Of a stretch of 64,000 bases of DNA, positions 10,359 to 21,881 are shown piece after piece. Position numbers and translations under genes: made by a program. The stretch is from Candidatus Eiseniibacteriota bacterium (GTDB lineage: Bacteria > Eisenbacteria > RBG-16-71-46): NCBI GenBank assembly GCA_963717505.1, contig OY970342.1, positions 2,144,001 through 2,208,000 of the forward strand, written 5' to 3'. The notes under the pieces were generated by a model. The model did not search any database and had not been told where the DNA came from. It saw only the letters and a program-made list of their open reading frames with translations. Numbering within the stretch: position 1 is the first letter of the stretch; each line of letters opens with the position of its first letter.

Positions 10359-10967
10359 TCACTTCACCATCGTCGAGATCTTGAAGTCGTTGTTGACGCG
10401 GGACCACGTGCCGGGCCCGCACTCGGTCTCCTCGCCGGTCGCGTCGAAGCGGCAGCCGAAGAGCGTGCCCTCTGTTTCGCGGTAGTCGGTGGTGTCGCGC
10501 GTGGTCGCGTAAGCCCAGAAACCCGAGCCGTACGGGCGGTTCATCCCGTTCCCTTCGCCGAACTGAGCCACGACCAGGCCCTTGTCCGCGATGGCCCCGT
10601 CGTCGAGCGTGACCGGATCGTAGGTGTAGGCGTACATCACCTTGTTGGTCGCGTCCCACATGAAGCCGACCTTCTCATGACTCCCGCTGCTGTCGATGTC
10701 GAGCATCTCGAACCAGGAGACGGCATCGGCAGTCGGCCTCACGCCCAACGCTCCCTCGCCCAGCGCAACGCCCCGCTGCGCGTCGAGACCCGGACGGCGG
10801 TTGGTGAGCCCGATCATCCAGGTCTTGACCAGCGTCGAGCGGATCTTCCCCATCGACTTTTCGGCGGCGGGTGTCTCGCCGCCCGGCGTCTCGGAGGCTT
10901 TCCTGCCGCAGGAGACGATGGCCACGGCGATGAACGCGAGGACGACGAACAGTCGGTACTTCTTCAT
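10359..10967 (-). CDS. Hypothetical lipoprotein
   Basis: MKKYRLFVVLAFIAVAIVSC lipoprotein signal with a GGAGAGG RBS upstream. Confidence 0.7.
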   Translation of the reverse strand: MKKYRLFVVLAFIAVAIVSCGRKASETPGGETPAAEKSMGKIRSTLVKTWMIGLTNRRPGLDAQRGVALGEGALGVRPTADAVSWFEMLDIDSSGSHEKVGFMWDATNKVMYAYTYDPVTLDDGAIADKGLVVAQFGEGNGMNRPYGSGFWAYATTRDTTDYRETEGTLFGCRFDATGEETECGPGTWSRVNNDFKISTMVK

Positions 10968-11141
10968 CGAAACCTCTCCCGTTGTGTGTTGGTCTCCATG
11001 TCCACTTCGCCGGCGCAGTCTCTCACATCTGGAGGACCCTAGGCCCCCCGACGGCCGACGGTTTGATCCCCGCTTCGGCGGGCCGCTAAGCTTCCGCCCG
11101 CGAACCCTTCCAGGATCTGGGTCTGACCAAAGGAGAATCCG

Positions 11142-11885
11142 ATGCGGCTGCACAACGCCTTGGTCCGCATGACCACCCTCGTGGTCTTCCTCTCCGCCGC
11201 AATGTTCCTGATCGGCTGCGCTTCGAGCCAGCAGAGCGCACCAGCCGGGACCACGATCACCGAGCAGCCCAAAGGTGCTCTGCCACCTCTTTCGGAGTTG
11301 TCTTCGCCCACCACGGTGATCGCGTTCACCTGGTTCGACCAGGATCAGGGCAGCACCGTCTCGAGTGACTGGGAGAAGGCCAGTGGCGCGATGAAGGCCC
11401 TGGAGGGGTTCCGATATTCGGCGGTGTTCACCGCCTTGGACGAGCGGCAGTCGAACGTGATGGCGCTCTCGATCTGGGACGATTCGAGCGCGGCGAATCG
11501 CGGCCTGCTGGCGGCCGAAGCGCAGATCCCGGCCCGCGGTTGGGCGAAGAGCGGAGTGTTCCACCGGATCGCCGCCGACGGCAACATGGGGGATTCGGTG
11601 CTCACCTCGGTGGTCATGGTGATGCCGATCACCTCCGAGGTGGACAGCGCGCGGGCGGTGGCGGATTTCATCGTCGCGAACGGCTTCATGAGGACCCAGC
11701 CGGGCTACCTGGCGTCGTCGATCTTCAAACGCGTGACAGGCGATCCCAGCTACGGCTATCTGATCGCCGGACGATGGACCAGCCGCGAGAACCTGCAGCG
11801 GGTGAGCGGGCTTCCGGAGTTCCAGGACCTGCAGAAGATGCTCGCGCTCGCGGGTCAGCCCACCACATACATCCAGATGCACTGA
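11142..11885 (+). CDS. Lipoprotein with two antibiotic-biosynthesis-monooxygenase (ABM)-like halves
   Basis: AGGAG RBS, lipobox LIGC, ABM-like segments MKALEGFR..SIW and MRTQPGYL..GRW. Confidence 0.6.
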   Translation: MRLHNALVRMTTLVVFLSAAMFLIGCASSQQSAPAGTTITEQPKGALPPLSELSSPTTVIAFTWFDQDQGSTVSSDWEKASGAMKALEGFRYSAVFTALDERQSNVMALSIWDDSSAANRGLLAAEAQIPARGWAKSGVFHRIAADGNMGDSVLTSVVMVMPITSEVDSARAVADFIVANGFMRTQPGYLASSIFKRVTGDPSYGYLIAGRWTSRENLQRVSGLPEFQDLQKMLALAGQPTTYIQMH

Positions 11886-13505
11886 ATGGCAGGCGTGCTG
11901 GACAAGGAAAGAATCGTCGCGCAACCGGGTTTCAATCGATGGCTGGTGCCGCCGGCAGCGCTGGCGATTCACCTCTCGATCGGCATGGCGTACGGCTTCA
12001 GCGTTTTCTGGCTGCCGTTGTCGCGCGCAATCGGGGTCAGGCAGCCCATTGCGTGCCCCGAGGACATGAGCTTCCTCGCCAAGGTCTTTTCCACCAGTTG
12101 CGACTGGCCGATCTCGATGCTGGGCTGGATGTACACGCTGTTCTTCGTGTTCCTCGGTTCCTCGGCGGCGGTATTCGGTCACTGGCTCGAGACGGCAGGC
12201 CCGCGCAAGGCGGGCGTGGTGGCGGCGATCTGCTGGGGAGGGGGCCTGCTGATCTCGGCCTTCGGTGTCTACTCGCATCAGATCTGGCTGATGTGGCTCG
12301 GCTCCGGAGTCATCGGTGGTATCGGGCTCGGGCTGGGCTACATCTCGCCGGTGTCGACGCTGATCAAATGGTTTCCCGACCGCCGCGGAATGGCGACTGG
12401 AATGGCGATCATGGGTTTCGGCGGGGGCGCCATGATCGGCTCGCCGCTTGCCGACCGGCTGATGAATCTCTATGCGACCGAAGGGTCGGTTGGGGTGTGG
12501 GAGACCTTCGTCACCATGGGGTTGATCTATTTCGCGGCGATGCTGATCGGTGCGTTCGGCTATCGCATTCCTCCCACCGGTTGGAAGCCCGCGAGGTGGA
12601 CGCCGCCGACCGCGAACGCGAACCGAATGATCACCAGCCGCCACGTCCACGTGAACCAGGCGCACAAGACCCCGCAATTCTGGCTGCTCTGGGGTGTGCT
12701 GTGCCTGAACGTCTCGGCCGGAATCGGCGTGATCGGGATGGCCTCACCGATGCTGCAGGAGGTCTTTGGCGGCCGGCTGATCGGAATCGAACGGCAACTT
12801 GCCGAGCTGAACCAAGATCAACGGGTGCAGATCGCGACGATCGCTGCCGCGTTCACCGGCCTGCTGTCGCTGTTCAACATCGCCGGCCGAATCATGTGGG
12901 CATCGTTCTCGGACTACATCGGCCGCAAGGCGACCTACGCTACGTTCTTCATTCTTGGGGTCGCGCTGTACGCCTCGGCGCCGTGGGCCGGGTCGATCGG
13001 CAGTGTGGCGATCTTCGTCGGAATCTTCTGCGTGATCCTGACCATGTATGGCGGCGGCTTCGCCACCATTCCCGCCTACCTTGCGGACATGTTCGGCACG
13101 CAGCACGTCGGCGCGATCCATGGCCGGCTGCTGACCGCCTGGTCGGTGGCCGGCATTCTCGGACCGGTGGTTGTCAACTACATCCGCGAGTATCAACTGG
13201 CGAGCGGCATCCCACCCCACCAGGCGTACAACGTCACGATGTATGTCCTGGCGGCGATGCTGCTCGGCGGGTTGTTGTGCAATCTGCTGATCCGGCCGGT
13301 GGCCGACAGGCACTTCATGTCCGAGTCGGAGTTGGCGGCAGAGCGGGCAATGGCTCATGAAACCGCGCCGGCGGCTGACGGCGCGCATATGAGCTTTTCG
13401 GGACAGAACCGCGCGATGGTGGCGGTCGCGTGGATCGCTGTCGGCATCCCGCTCGCCTGGGGCGTGTGGAGCACCCTTATCAAGGCGTTCGCACTGTTCC
13501 GCTGA
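11886..13505 (+). CDS. OFA family MFS transporter (oxalate/formate antiporter-like)
   Basis: FNRWLVPPAALAIHLSIG, IKWFPDRRGMATG and IHGRLLTAWS motifs, 12 or more TM segments. Confidence 0.93.
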   Translation: MAGVLDKERIVAQPGFNRWLVPPAALAIHLSIGMAYGFSVFWLPLSRAIGVRQPIACPEDMSFLAKVFSTSCDWPISMLGWMYTLFFVFLGSSAAVFGHWLETAGPRKAGVVAAICWGGGLLISAFGVYSHQIWLMWLGSGVIGGIGLGLGYISPVSTLIKWFPDRRGMATGMAIMGFGGGAMIGSPLADRLMNLYATEGSVGVWETFVTMGLIYFAAMLIGAFGYRIPPTGWKPARWTPPTANANRMITSRHVHVNQAHKTPQFWLLWGVLCLNVSAGIGVIGMASPMLQEVFGGRLIGIERQLAELNQDQRVQIATIAAAFTGLLSLFNIAGRIMWASFSDYIGRKATYATFFILGVALYASAPWAGSIGSVAIFVGIFCVILTMYGGGFATIPAYLADMFGTQHVGAIHGRLLTAWSVAGILGPVVVNYIREYQLASGIPPHQAYNVTMYVLAAMLLGGLLCNLLIRPVADRHFMSESELAAERAMAHETAPAADGAHMSFSGQNRAMVAVAWIAVGIPLAWGVWSTLIKAFALFR

Positions 13506-13642
13506 GCCCGGGCGGGCGCGGCGCTCGGCCGGAATGGGGCTCGAGGCGCGGCTAGCGTCGATGCGCCATTTGACACCCATTCTCGGCTCGCTCAGCTTTG
13601 GACACTCGCTCCCGAAAGGAGTCCCGCCGCGCCCGGCACGTG

Positions 13643-16291
13643 ATGATCGGTAAGACTTTGTCGCACTATCGGATCGTCGGGGAGATCGCCGCCGGCGGGA
13701 TGGGTGTGGTTTACCGCGCCGAGGACACCAGCCTCGGCCGCGAGGTCGCCCTCAAGCTCCTGCACGGGAATGCCCAGCTCGACCCGGCCGCGCGCGAGCG
13801 GCTGGTGCGCGAAGCGCGCACCGCCTCGCAGCTCAGCCACCCCAACATATGCACGATTCACGAGGTGGGCGAAGCCGATGGCCAGCTGTTCATCGCCATG
13901 GAGCTGGTGGAGGGTCGACCGCTCAATACGCTCCTCGCCTCGGGCGGCCTGCCGATCGAGAGCGTGATCCGCTATGGCGTTCAGATCGCGGACGGCCTGG
14001 CAAGCGCCCACAAGCTGCGCGTGGTGCATCGCGACCTCAAGAGCGCGAACGTGGTGATCACGAGCGACGGACGCGCGAAGATCCTGGATTTCGGGCTCGC
14101 CAAACAGGTCCGCGATGACGGGGCCGGCGGGGCACGCGCCTCGAGCGATCTCACCGGCACAGGCATCGTCGTCGGCACGCCTCAATATTTGGCGCCGGAA
14201 GTGCTGCTCGGCGCCGCCGCGGACGTGCGCGGCGATCTGTGGGCTCTGGGCGTTCTGCTCTACGAGATGGCGACGGGCACGCTCCCGTTCTCAGGACAGA
14301 CCTCCGCGGGGCTCATCTACTCGATCGTGAACGCACCCCCAACACCGCTGCCCGCGCGCGTGCCGGCCGGCCTGCGCGCCGTGGTTACGCATTGCCTCCA
14401 GAAGGAACCTGGACAGCGCTTCCAGTCCGCAGCGGAGGTTCGCGCGGCGCTCGAAGCGCTCGAGCACGAGCTACCCGCGCAAGCGCCAGCTCCGCCGGCC
14501 AAGTCGAGATTCCCGGGCTGGGCCCTGTGGGCGGCCGCGGTCGCCGCGATCCTGGCGCTCGTCGCAGGCGGGGTCTGGCTATTCTGGCGCAAGCCACCCC
14601 CATCCGGACCGCTCCAGCAGCGCCAAATCACGTCGGCGGTTTCGGAGGGCGGCGCAGCGTCGTTTGGAACAATCTCTCCCGACGGCAAGTACTTCGCCCT
14701 CGCCAGCCCCGCCGGGATCCAGGTGCGCGCCATCGACTCCGGAGACTCACGCACGATGCCGCTTCCCGATGGCTTCACGCCTGCGGGGCCCTTTATCGGC
14801 ATCTGCTGGTATCCAGACGGAAGTCACCTGCTGCTGAGCGGCGGGACGATGGAGGGCAAGCCTTCCCTCTGGTCCATCCCTGTAGTCGGCGGCATCACTC
14901 GCAAGATCCGCGCGGATGCAGGCCTCGCCACGATGTCTCCGGACGGCAGCCTGATCGCCTACCTCCGGGAAAGCACCGTGGGCACGGAAGTCTGGATCAT
15001 GAGCGCGACGGGGGAGAGTCCACGGATGCTCGTCCCCGCCGATTCCGGGCGGGTGATTCTCGCCTGGCCGGTCTGGGCTCCCGGAGGGCGCCGCCTGGCC
15101 TACAGCCTGGTGGATGCGATCGGCTCCGACCCAACCCGCATCGAAACCTGCGATCTCGAAGGCCACCGCCGCGTCGCCTTCACCGACGACCCGCGGCAGT
15201 ATCTGCACTCATTCGCGGCGGTGACGTGGCTTCGCGACGGCCGCCTGCTGTTCGGCCTCAGCGATCCACCACCGGGCCAGCGCGACATGAACCTCTGGTC
15301 GCTTCGGGTCGATCCTCGCAGCGGCGCACCGTCCGGCCCGCCGCAGCGCATTAGCCAGTGGGTCCGCCAAGCGCTGGTGATGCCGGCCGCCGCATCGGCG
15401 GATGGAAAGCGCCTCTCGGTCGGCATGCTCGAATACCAGAGCGATTGCTACGTCGCGCGCATCGCGGGCGGTGACTCCGCCCTGCAGGACGTGAGGCGCG
15501 TGACACAGAACGACCGAATGGACCTGGCCCCGACCTGGACCCCCGACGGGAAGGCCCTCCTGTTCTGCTCCGACCGGAATGGAAGCGTCGACATCTTCCG
15601 GCAGTCGCTGCTGGCGCAAGACGCGGAGCCATTGATCACCGACGCAGGCGACCAGATCTCACCCCGCTCGACTCCCGACGGAGCCTGGATCATGTATCGA
15701 GATGGAACCGCCAGTCGACAAGCGGCGACCACGCGGTTGATGCGCGTGCCGACCGGCGGCGGACCGGCCGAGAAGGTGATGGATCTCGAGGAACCCTCGG
15801 TCATCCGTACCAGCTCGGCCGCGGGCTCGCAGTGCGTCATATCCGAGCCCGAGGGACCTGGCATGGTGTTCTCGACGCTCGATCCACTCAAGGGGCGCGG
15901 CCGCCGACTGGCACGCGTCGAACTCCCGGCGATATCGCTCTGGGACCTTTCGCCTGATGGCTCGAGGGTGGCGGTGGTGGACTCGAGAGACTCCATTCCG
16001 CGTATCGAAGTCGTGCCGCTCGCGGGGGGCCCCGGGCGTGAAGTGCGTCTCGACCGGATCTTTCAAGTGTCGAGCATCACCTGGGCCGGGGACGGGCAGT
16101 CCTGGTTCGTCGTCGGCTCGAACCAGGGCTCGGAGTGGACCGTGTTCCGTGTCCGCGGGAACGGACGGACCACGAACGTGCTGCCACGGCAGTTCTGGAT
16201 GTACTCCGCCGCCGTTTCCCCCGATGGCCGCCACATCGTCTACACGAGCAACACCGGCCAGGGCACCACCTGGCTGCTCGAGAACTTCTAG
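13643..16291 (+). CDS. Hanks-type Ser/Thr kinase with TM segment and extracellular TolB-like (PD40) beta-propellers
   Basis: GGMGVVY, VALK, HRDLKSAN, DFG and APE motifs, a TM helix, then repeated SPDG/WxPDG motifs. Confidence 0.93.
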   Translation: MIGKTLSHYRIVGEIAAGGMGVVYRAEDTSLGREVALKLLHGNAQLDPAARERLVREARTASQLSHPNICTIHEVGEADGQLFIAMELVEGRPLNTLLASGGLPIESVIRYGVQIADGLASAHKLRVVHRDLKSANVVITSDGRAKILDFGLAKQVRDDGAGGARASSDLTGTGIVVGTPQYLAPEVLLGAAADVRGDLWALGVLLYEMATGTLPFSGQTSAGLIYSIVNAPPTPLPARVPAGLRAVVTHCLQKEPGQRFQSAAEVRAALEALEHELPAQAPAPPAKSRFPGWALWAAAVAAILALVAGGVWLFWRKPPPSGPLQQRQITSAVSEGGAASFGTISPDGKYFALASPAGIQVRAIDSGDSRTMPLPDGFTPAGPFIGICWYPDGSHLLLSGGTMEGKPSLWSIPVVGGITRKIRADAGLATMSPDGSLIAYLRESTVGTEVWIMSATGESPRMLVPADSGRVILAWPVWAPGGRRLAYSLVDAIGSDPTRIETCDLEGHRRVAFTDDPRQYLHSFAAVTWLRDGRLLFGLSDPPPGQRDMNLWSLRVDPRSGAPSGPPQRISQWVRQALVMPAAASADGKRLSVGMLEYQSDCYVARIAGGDSALQDVRRVTQNDRMDLAPTWTPDGKALLFCSDRNGSVDIFRQSLLAQDAEPLITDAGDQISPRSTPDGAWIMYRDGTASRQAATTRLMRVPTGGGPAEKVMDLEEPSVIRTSSAAGSQCVISEPEGPGMVFSTLDPLKGRGRRLARVELPAISLWDLSPDGSRVAVVDSRDSIPRIEVVPLAGGPGREVRLDRIFQVSSITWAGDGQSWFVVGSNQGSEWTVFRVRGNGRTTNVLPRQFWMYSAAVSPDGRHIVYTSNTGQGTTWLLENF

Positions 16292-16440
16292 CGCGGGTTG
16301 GCTGCGCTCCTACTATCGCGTGAAGCAGCGAGCCGCCCACCCCCACGCGACCCCGACGATTCCGCCCGCGAGACCGGTCATCATCGCGCCTTGGACAATC
16401 CGTATTGCAGGTTGCAGCACATGATGTTAGAAACGCCGGC

Positions 16441-16532
16441 GGAGAGGTGCCGGAGCGGTTGAACGGGGCGGTCTCGAAAACCGTTAAGGCTCGTAAGGGC
16501 CTTCGAGGGTTCGAATCCCTCCCTCTCCGCCA
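16441..16532 (+). tRNA. tRNA-Ser (anticodon CGA)
   Basis: GGAGAGG/CCTCTCC acceptor stem with GCCA end, anticodon arm GCGGT-CTCGAAA-ACCGT, long variable arm, GGTTCGAATCC T-loop. Confidence 0.96.
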
Positions 16533-16594
16533 GGCGGAACCCGCAAGACTCACGTGCCGCGATTCAATCGCCCGGGTCGTGGGCTTGCTCGAGG

Positions 16595-17821
16595 CTAGTC
16601 CAGCAGCGACTCGATCTGCGCCTCGATGATGTGTTCGATCCCGTCGGCCACGCCGACGTTGCGGTAGCGAATCTTCCCCTCGCGATCGATGACGTACGCG
16701 CTCGGGAAGCCCTCGACCAGGTAGGCGTTGGTCACCACCTGCTTCGGGTCGATCACGCTCGGGAACGTGATGCCGTTCTGCTTCACGTACGCGCGCGCGG
16801 TGGCCAGGTGCTGGTCCACGCTCTCGGTGCGTTCCCAGTTGACTCCGAGGAACACGACCTTGCCCTCCTTCTTGTACCGCTTGTGGAGGGCCTCGATCAG
16901 CGGCATCTCGTAGCGGCAGGGACCGCACCACGATCCCCAGAAGTCGAGCACCACGACCTTGCCTTTGTAGTTTTCGAGCGCCATCTCGGTGCCGTCGAGT
17001 CCTTGCAGCTTCCAGGTCGGAGCGGTGCGCTCGTGGCGGCGCGGCTCGAGTGCGACGCGGTCGGACGATGTCTTGCGCGCGGCGGTGATGCGCGCGTCCA
17101 GGCCCTTGAGTGATCCATGGCGTGCGGTGTAAGCAGCACCCAGCTCGCCCGTGCCAATGGTGTCGCCCGGCGGAAACACGCCGAGGGCTCGCACGAAGTG
17201 GTTGATCGCATCGTCCTGGCGGCCCATGCGGGTCTCGGTACGTGCGATCGCGACCAGCACTTCCTGGCTGTCCGGTGAGTAGGGGAGCGACGCGAGCAGC
17301 CAGACGTGCGCGCTGTCGAAGCGCCCGGCCTCGAAGTGCACGACCCCGACACTGCCGTAGGCGAAGCCACGCATGCCCGGCGTGCGTTCGTCGTTCGCAG
17401 GTAGCGACTTCACTCCGGCGCGAGCGAACTGGAGTGCCCGCGGCAGCTCTTCGCCCCGAAGCGCCAGCAGGCGGGCCACCGATCCATAGAACGACGCCGG
17501 CGTGCGCGTGATCAGATAGAGGTAGGGCACGGTGCTGTCGGCGGCATTCGCGATCTCCGCGGTCGAGGCGTCTGTCGCCACCAGCCCCTTGAGCAACATC
17601 TGGCGCAGGAGCCCGGTGTAGCCGGAATCGGTCCCCGCCGCGAGCAGCGAGCGTATCCGGGGGATCGCGAGATTCACCTGGTCGGGATCCTGAAGTTGCT
17701 GGTTCAGGTTCTGGAGCTCGATCGGATTCGGGGTCTGGGCCCGCACGGGTGCGGCCAGGGCCAGGAGCGCGATCGCGATGGCTGCCGGGCAGGGGAGAGG
17801 GCTACGCAGGAAGGGCTTCAT
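16595..17821 (-). CDS. TlpA-like disulfide reductase with N-terminal TPR-like helical region
   Basis: Signal peptide and C-terminal VVLDFWGSWCGPC thioredoxin fold. Confidence 0.9.
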   Translation of the reverse strand: MKPFLRSPLPCPAAIAIALLALAAPVRAQTPNPIELQNLNQQLQDPDQVNLAIPRIRSLLAAGTDSGYTGLLRQMLLKGLVATDASTAEIANAADSTVPYLYLITRTPASFYGSVARLLALRGEELPRALQFARAGVKSLPANDERTPGMRGFAYGSVGVVHFEAGRFDSAHVWLLASLPYSPDSQEVLVAIARTETRMGRQDDAINHFVRALGVFPPGDTIGTGELGAAYTARHGSLKGLDARITAARKTSSDRVALEPRRHERTAPTWKLQGLDGTEMALENYKGKVVVLDFWGSWCGPCRYEMPLIEALHKRYKKEGKVVFLGVNWERTESVDQHLATARAYVKQNGITFPSVIDPKQVVTNAYLVEGFPSAYVIDREGKIRYRNVGVADGIEHIIEAQIESLLD

Positions 17822-17971
17822 GAGGAGCGGACATTCTACCAGCCCGGAGCCAGGCGAGCAGCCGGAGAGAATTCGTTCCGCCTACAGGCTGAACGGAGCG
17901 TTGGTCGCGAACTAGCCGAGGCTCTACACTAGCCGGCCGTCGCCTTTACCACCCTCGCGAGGCACAAGGCC

Positions 17972-20670
17972 CTGACGACCCCTTCGTCGCACGCTCCCGG
18001 AAAGACACTCGCGCACTACAAGCTCGTCGAGAAGATCGGCGAGGGCGGCATGGGCGTCGTGTGGAAAGCCCACGACACGACACTCGGGCGCGACATCGCG
18101 ATCAAGGTCCTGCCCGACCTGTTCGCATCCGATCCCGAGCGCCTGGCCCGCTTCGAGCGTGAGGCGCGGCTGCTCGCCTCACTCAACCATCCGCGCATCG
18201 CCGCGATCTACGGCTTCCACGCCGAGGGTGGGGTGCGCTTCCTGGCCATGGAGCTGGCCGAAGGCGAGAGCCTGGCCGCGCGCCTGACGCACGGCCCGCT
18301 GCCGGTCGCCGATTCGCTGCGCGATTGCGCGCCAGCTCGCCGAAGCGCTCGAGGCGGCGCACGAGCGCGGCATCATCCACCGCGATCTGAAGCCCGGCAA
18401 CATCATGGTGGCGCCCGATGGCACCGTGAAGGTGCTCGACTTCGGGCTCGCCAAGGCGCTCGAAGGCGATCGCGGCCCGGGCTCGAGCCCCAACCTGTCG
18501 CAGTCGCCGACCATCACGCAGGCGATGACCAGCGCCAACGTGATCCTCGGCACCGCCGCCTACATGAGCCCCGAGCAGGCGCGCGGCCAGGCGGCCGACA
18601 AGCGCGCCGACGTTTGGGCGTTCGGCGTGATCCTGTACGAGATGCTGACCGGACGGCAGCTCTTCCAGGGCGACACCATCTCGGACACGCTGGCCGGAGT
18701 GCTGCGCGGCGATCCCGACTGGAACGGCACTGCCGCGCGACACGCCGGCCCGCGTGCGCCGGCTGATCGAGCGCTGCCTCACGCGCGACGTTCGCATGCG
18801 GCTCCGCGACATCGGCGAGGCGCGCATCCTGCTCGATGCGGTTGCTTCCGGCGGCGCCGAAGAAGCGGTGGCGGCGGCCCCGGCGGCGGCTCCGGCCACT
18901 CCCTATGCCCGATACGCGATGCTCGGGGTCGCTGGCCTCGCGGTCGGCGTCGCCATCGCCCTCGGACTCGGGCGCCTGTCCGCGAAGCCCGAGAGCGTGC
19001 CGCTCCGGCGTTTCGTGGTCGCGAGCCGCGACAGCGGCAACGTCGTTCCGACCGAGCCCGTGATCTCGCCCGACGGACGGACGATCGCGTTCGTGAGGGG
19101 CAACACGCTGTGGGTGCGCCCGCTCGACGCCGTCGAGTCGCGCCCGCTCGCCACCGCCGCGGGTCTCACGCATCCGTTCTGGTCGCCCGACAACAAGCAC
19201 GTCGGCTTCCTCGCCGGCACGCGCATCATGAAGGCGGCACTCGCCGGCGGCGAGCCCCAGCTGGTGAGTGATGCGCGCAAGGCGTTCACCGCCGGCGCCG
19301 GCGCCACCTGGCGCGACGACGACGTGATCCTCTGCTCGCGCGCCGAAGAGGACGGGTTGCTCGAAGTGCCGGCGATCGGCGGCGATCCCCGCACCATGGT
19401 CCCGATCGACACCACCCTCGAGGGCGATTTCCACGAGCCGAGCGCGCTGCCGGGCAACCGAGGCGTGGTTTACGTCGTCCATCGCAAGCCGGGCATCGAT
19501 ACCATCGAATTGTTCTCGCGTGGCAAGCGCAAGGTGCTCTTCCGGCTCGAAGGCCAGACGCTCGCGCGACCGGTCTACTCACCGACCGGACACATTCTGT
19601 TTCGGCGGTCGCCCGCCAACGCCGGCATCTGGGCGCTGCCGTTCTCGCTCGACCGTCTGCAGGTGACGGGAGCCCCGTTCCTGGTGACCTCGAACGCCCT
19701 CTCTCCGTCGGTGGCCGGCGACGGAACTCTGGTGTTCCGCGCCGGGAGCGGATCGTCCACGCGCCAGCTCGCCTGGCTCGATCGCTCGGGCAACACGATC
19801 GCCACGATCGGCGACCCCGAAGAGGGACTCGATGCCATGCTGGGACCGGCGCTGGCCCCCGACGGCGTTCACGTTGCGATCGGGCACTACGGCGAGAGCA
19901 ATACCGAAGCCGACGTCTGGATTTTCGACACCGCGCGCCAGACCAAGACGCGTCTCACATTCGATCCCGGAACTGAGGACGATCCCATCTGGACCCCGGA
20001 CGGGACTCGAATCATCTACACGGCGGCTCCGCCAGGCTGCGCGAGCGTCTCGTGTTTCTCGTTGTTGATCCGGGCTGCGGACGGAACCGGAACGCCGGAC
20101 ACGCTGGCCCAGGGCCTCGGGGCCAATCTGACTCCCGACGGTCGCACGCTGGTGTATACGGCCGAGGGTCAGGGAGTCACCGATGTGGCAGCGCTATCGC
20201 TCGAGCCCGGCGCGACGGGCCCGACGACGGTGCGCGAGGACGAAGTCCAGATCACCGGTAGGATCTCGCCGAACGGCAAGTTCGTGTCCTACATTTCGTT
20301 CGAGTCCGGTCGCGCCGAGGTTTACCTCAAGCGCTTTCCCTCATGGTCGGGCAAGTGGCAGGTCTCGATCGCGGGCGGCGGCTGCCCGCGCTGGAATGGA
20401 GCCGGCGACCGCCTGTACTACGCGCACGACGACGACTTTTACGAAGTCGAAGTCAGCGGCCAGGACTCGCCGGTACTCGGCACGCCGCGCAAGCTCTTCA
20501 GCTTGAGGCCGTCGGCCCGGGGATTCCGGGACCTTCCCGGACACTTCGACGTCTCCCGCGACGGCCAGCGCTTCCTGGTGATTCGCCCGGTCGGCGCCTC
20601 CGGCCAGGGAGCGGACGTGATCGCCGTCCAGAACTGGTTTGGGGAGTTCCGCGACGCCAAGAAGAAGTAG
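17972..20670 (+). CDS. Ser/Thr kinase with TM and PD40 beta-propellers (two frameshifts, near 18325 and 18730)
   Basis: IGEGGMGVVW, HRDLKPGN, DFG and SPE motifs spread across three frames, then the typical C-terminus VQNWF. Start uncertain. Confidence 0.85.
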
Positions 20671-20708
20671 GCGCGGCCAGTGCGTGGCAACAGGTTCGTG
20701 ATGTGCTC

Positions 20709-21547
20709 ATGAGTCGGCTAGCTCGACTTTGGCTTGGGACCGCCTTCGTCCTTGGCGGGTGCTCCAATGCGAGCCAACCGCGCTACACGGTCGCGGACAG
20801 CACTGGTGTCATCGTTGGCCGTCTGAATGTGGAGCCCATCCACGGCAGCCCACCATTCTTCGGCACAGCCGTTTATTTGATTCCGGTCGCGCCATCGACG
20901 GAGGAATGGTGGGTGAACCTCTCCAGGCGTAGGTATCCACTCGTCGACCCCAGGACCAGCAAAGCTCTCGGATACTCGGCCCGCACAACCTGCGATGCGG
21001 GGGGGCGGTTCGAATTCAGTTCCGTCTGGCCCGGGGACTATACCTCTATGCCCCGCTCCTATGGACCAACGTTACGAGCGACTCCACGAGCGTGTTCGGG
21101 GGGATGGCCACCGTGGACACGGCGATAGTGGCGGCGCGCGAAACCGTCAAGGTCAGCTTGAGATCCCCCGTGGGATTCTTCAAGGGCACACCACCGGCTC
21201 GCAGGTTTGCCTCGACAGTGCAAAGGGTCTCGCCGCCTGAAGAAGACATCGCCGATCTCCCCAAGTTCGGTGAGTATGTCTATGTCGAGGAGCTGCCCGA
21301 AGCTGTCTACCGGATGCCGCCCAAGTACCCGATTGAAGCCTCCCAGGCCGGCGTCACCGGGACGGTGATCGTGCAAGCCCTCGTCGACAAACAAGGAAGG
21401 GTCAGGGATACAAGGGTCACGAGGTCGATCCCCTTGCTCGACGAAGCCGCAGTTGCGGCAGTCCGCCAATGGGTCTTCAAGCCGGCCCTGGTGGACAACA
21501 AGCCCGTCGCTGTTTGGGTGGCCGCGCCGGTGAGGTTCCCGCGCTAG
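20709..21547 (+). CDS. Lipoprotein with carboxypeptidase-regulatory-like domain fused to TonB C-terminal domain (frameshift near 21045)
   Basis: Lipobox LGGC, CDAGGRFEFSSVWPGDY, then TonB_C (PKYP..A..AGVTGTVIVQALVDKQG...AVRQWVFKPA). Confidence 0.7.
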
Positions 21548-21631
21548 GCAAGCTCGACAGTCTTGCCGGCCTGGAGCCGTGACGGCTAGAGTGCTCCGGA
21601 TTGGTTTCCCGAACATGCACGAAGCCGTCGC

Positions 21632-21722
21632 GGAGAGGTGTCCGAGTGGTTGAAGGAGCACGATTGGAAATCGTGTAGGCGCTTATACCGCCTCGAGGGT
21701 TCGAATCCCTCTCTCTCCGCCA
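21632..21722 (+). tRNA. tRNA-Ser (anticodon GGA)
   Basis: GGAGAGG acceptor with GCCA end, CACGA-TTGGAAA-TCGTG anticodon arm, long variable arm. Confidence 0.96.
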
Positions 21723-21881
21723 GTTTTCCGAGTGACCGCGGGTGTTGACCCCCGGTCTTGCGCCGCGATACGATCCTGCCTCAACAGAGCCCTCAAGTGG
21801 CCGAAATGGCCCTAGAATCCCTCCGTCCAATTCGCATCCCGCAGGGACGAGAGGTGCTGAGTCCCCCGGCAGGAGTCAAAC

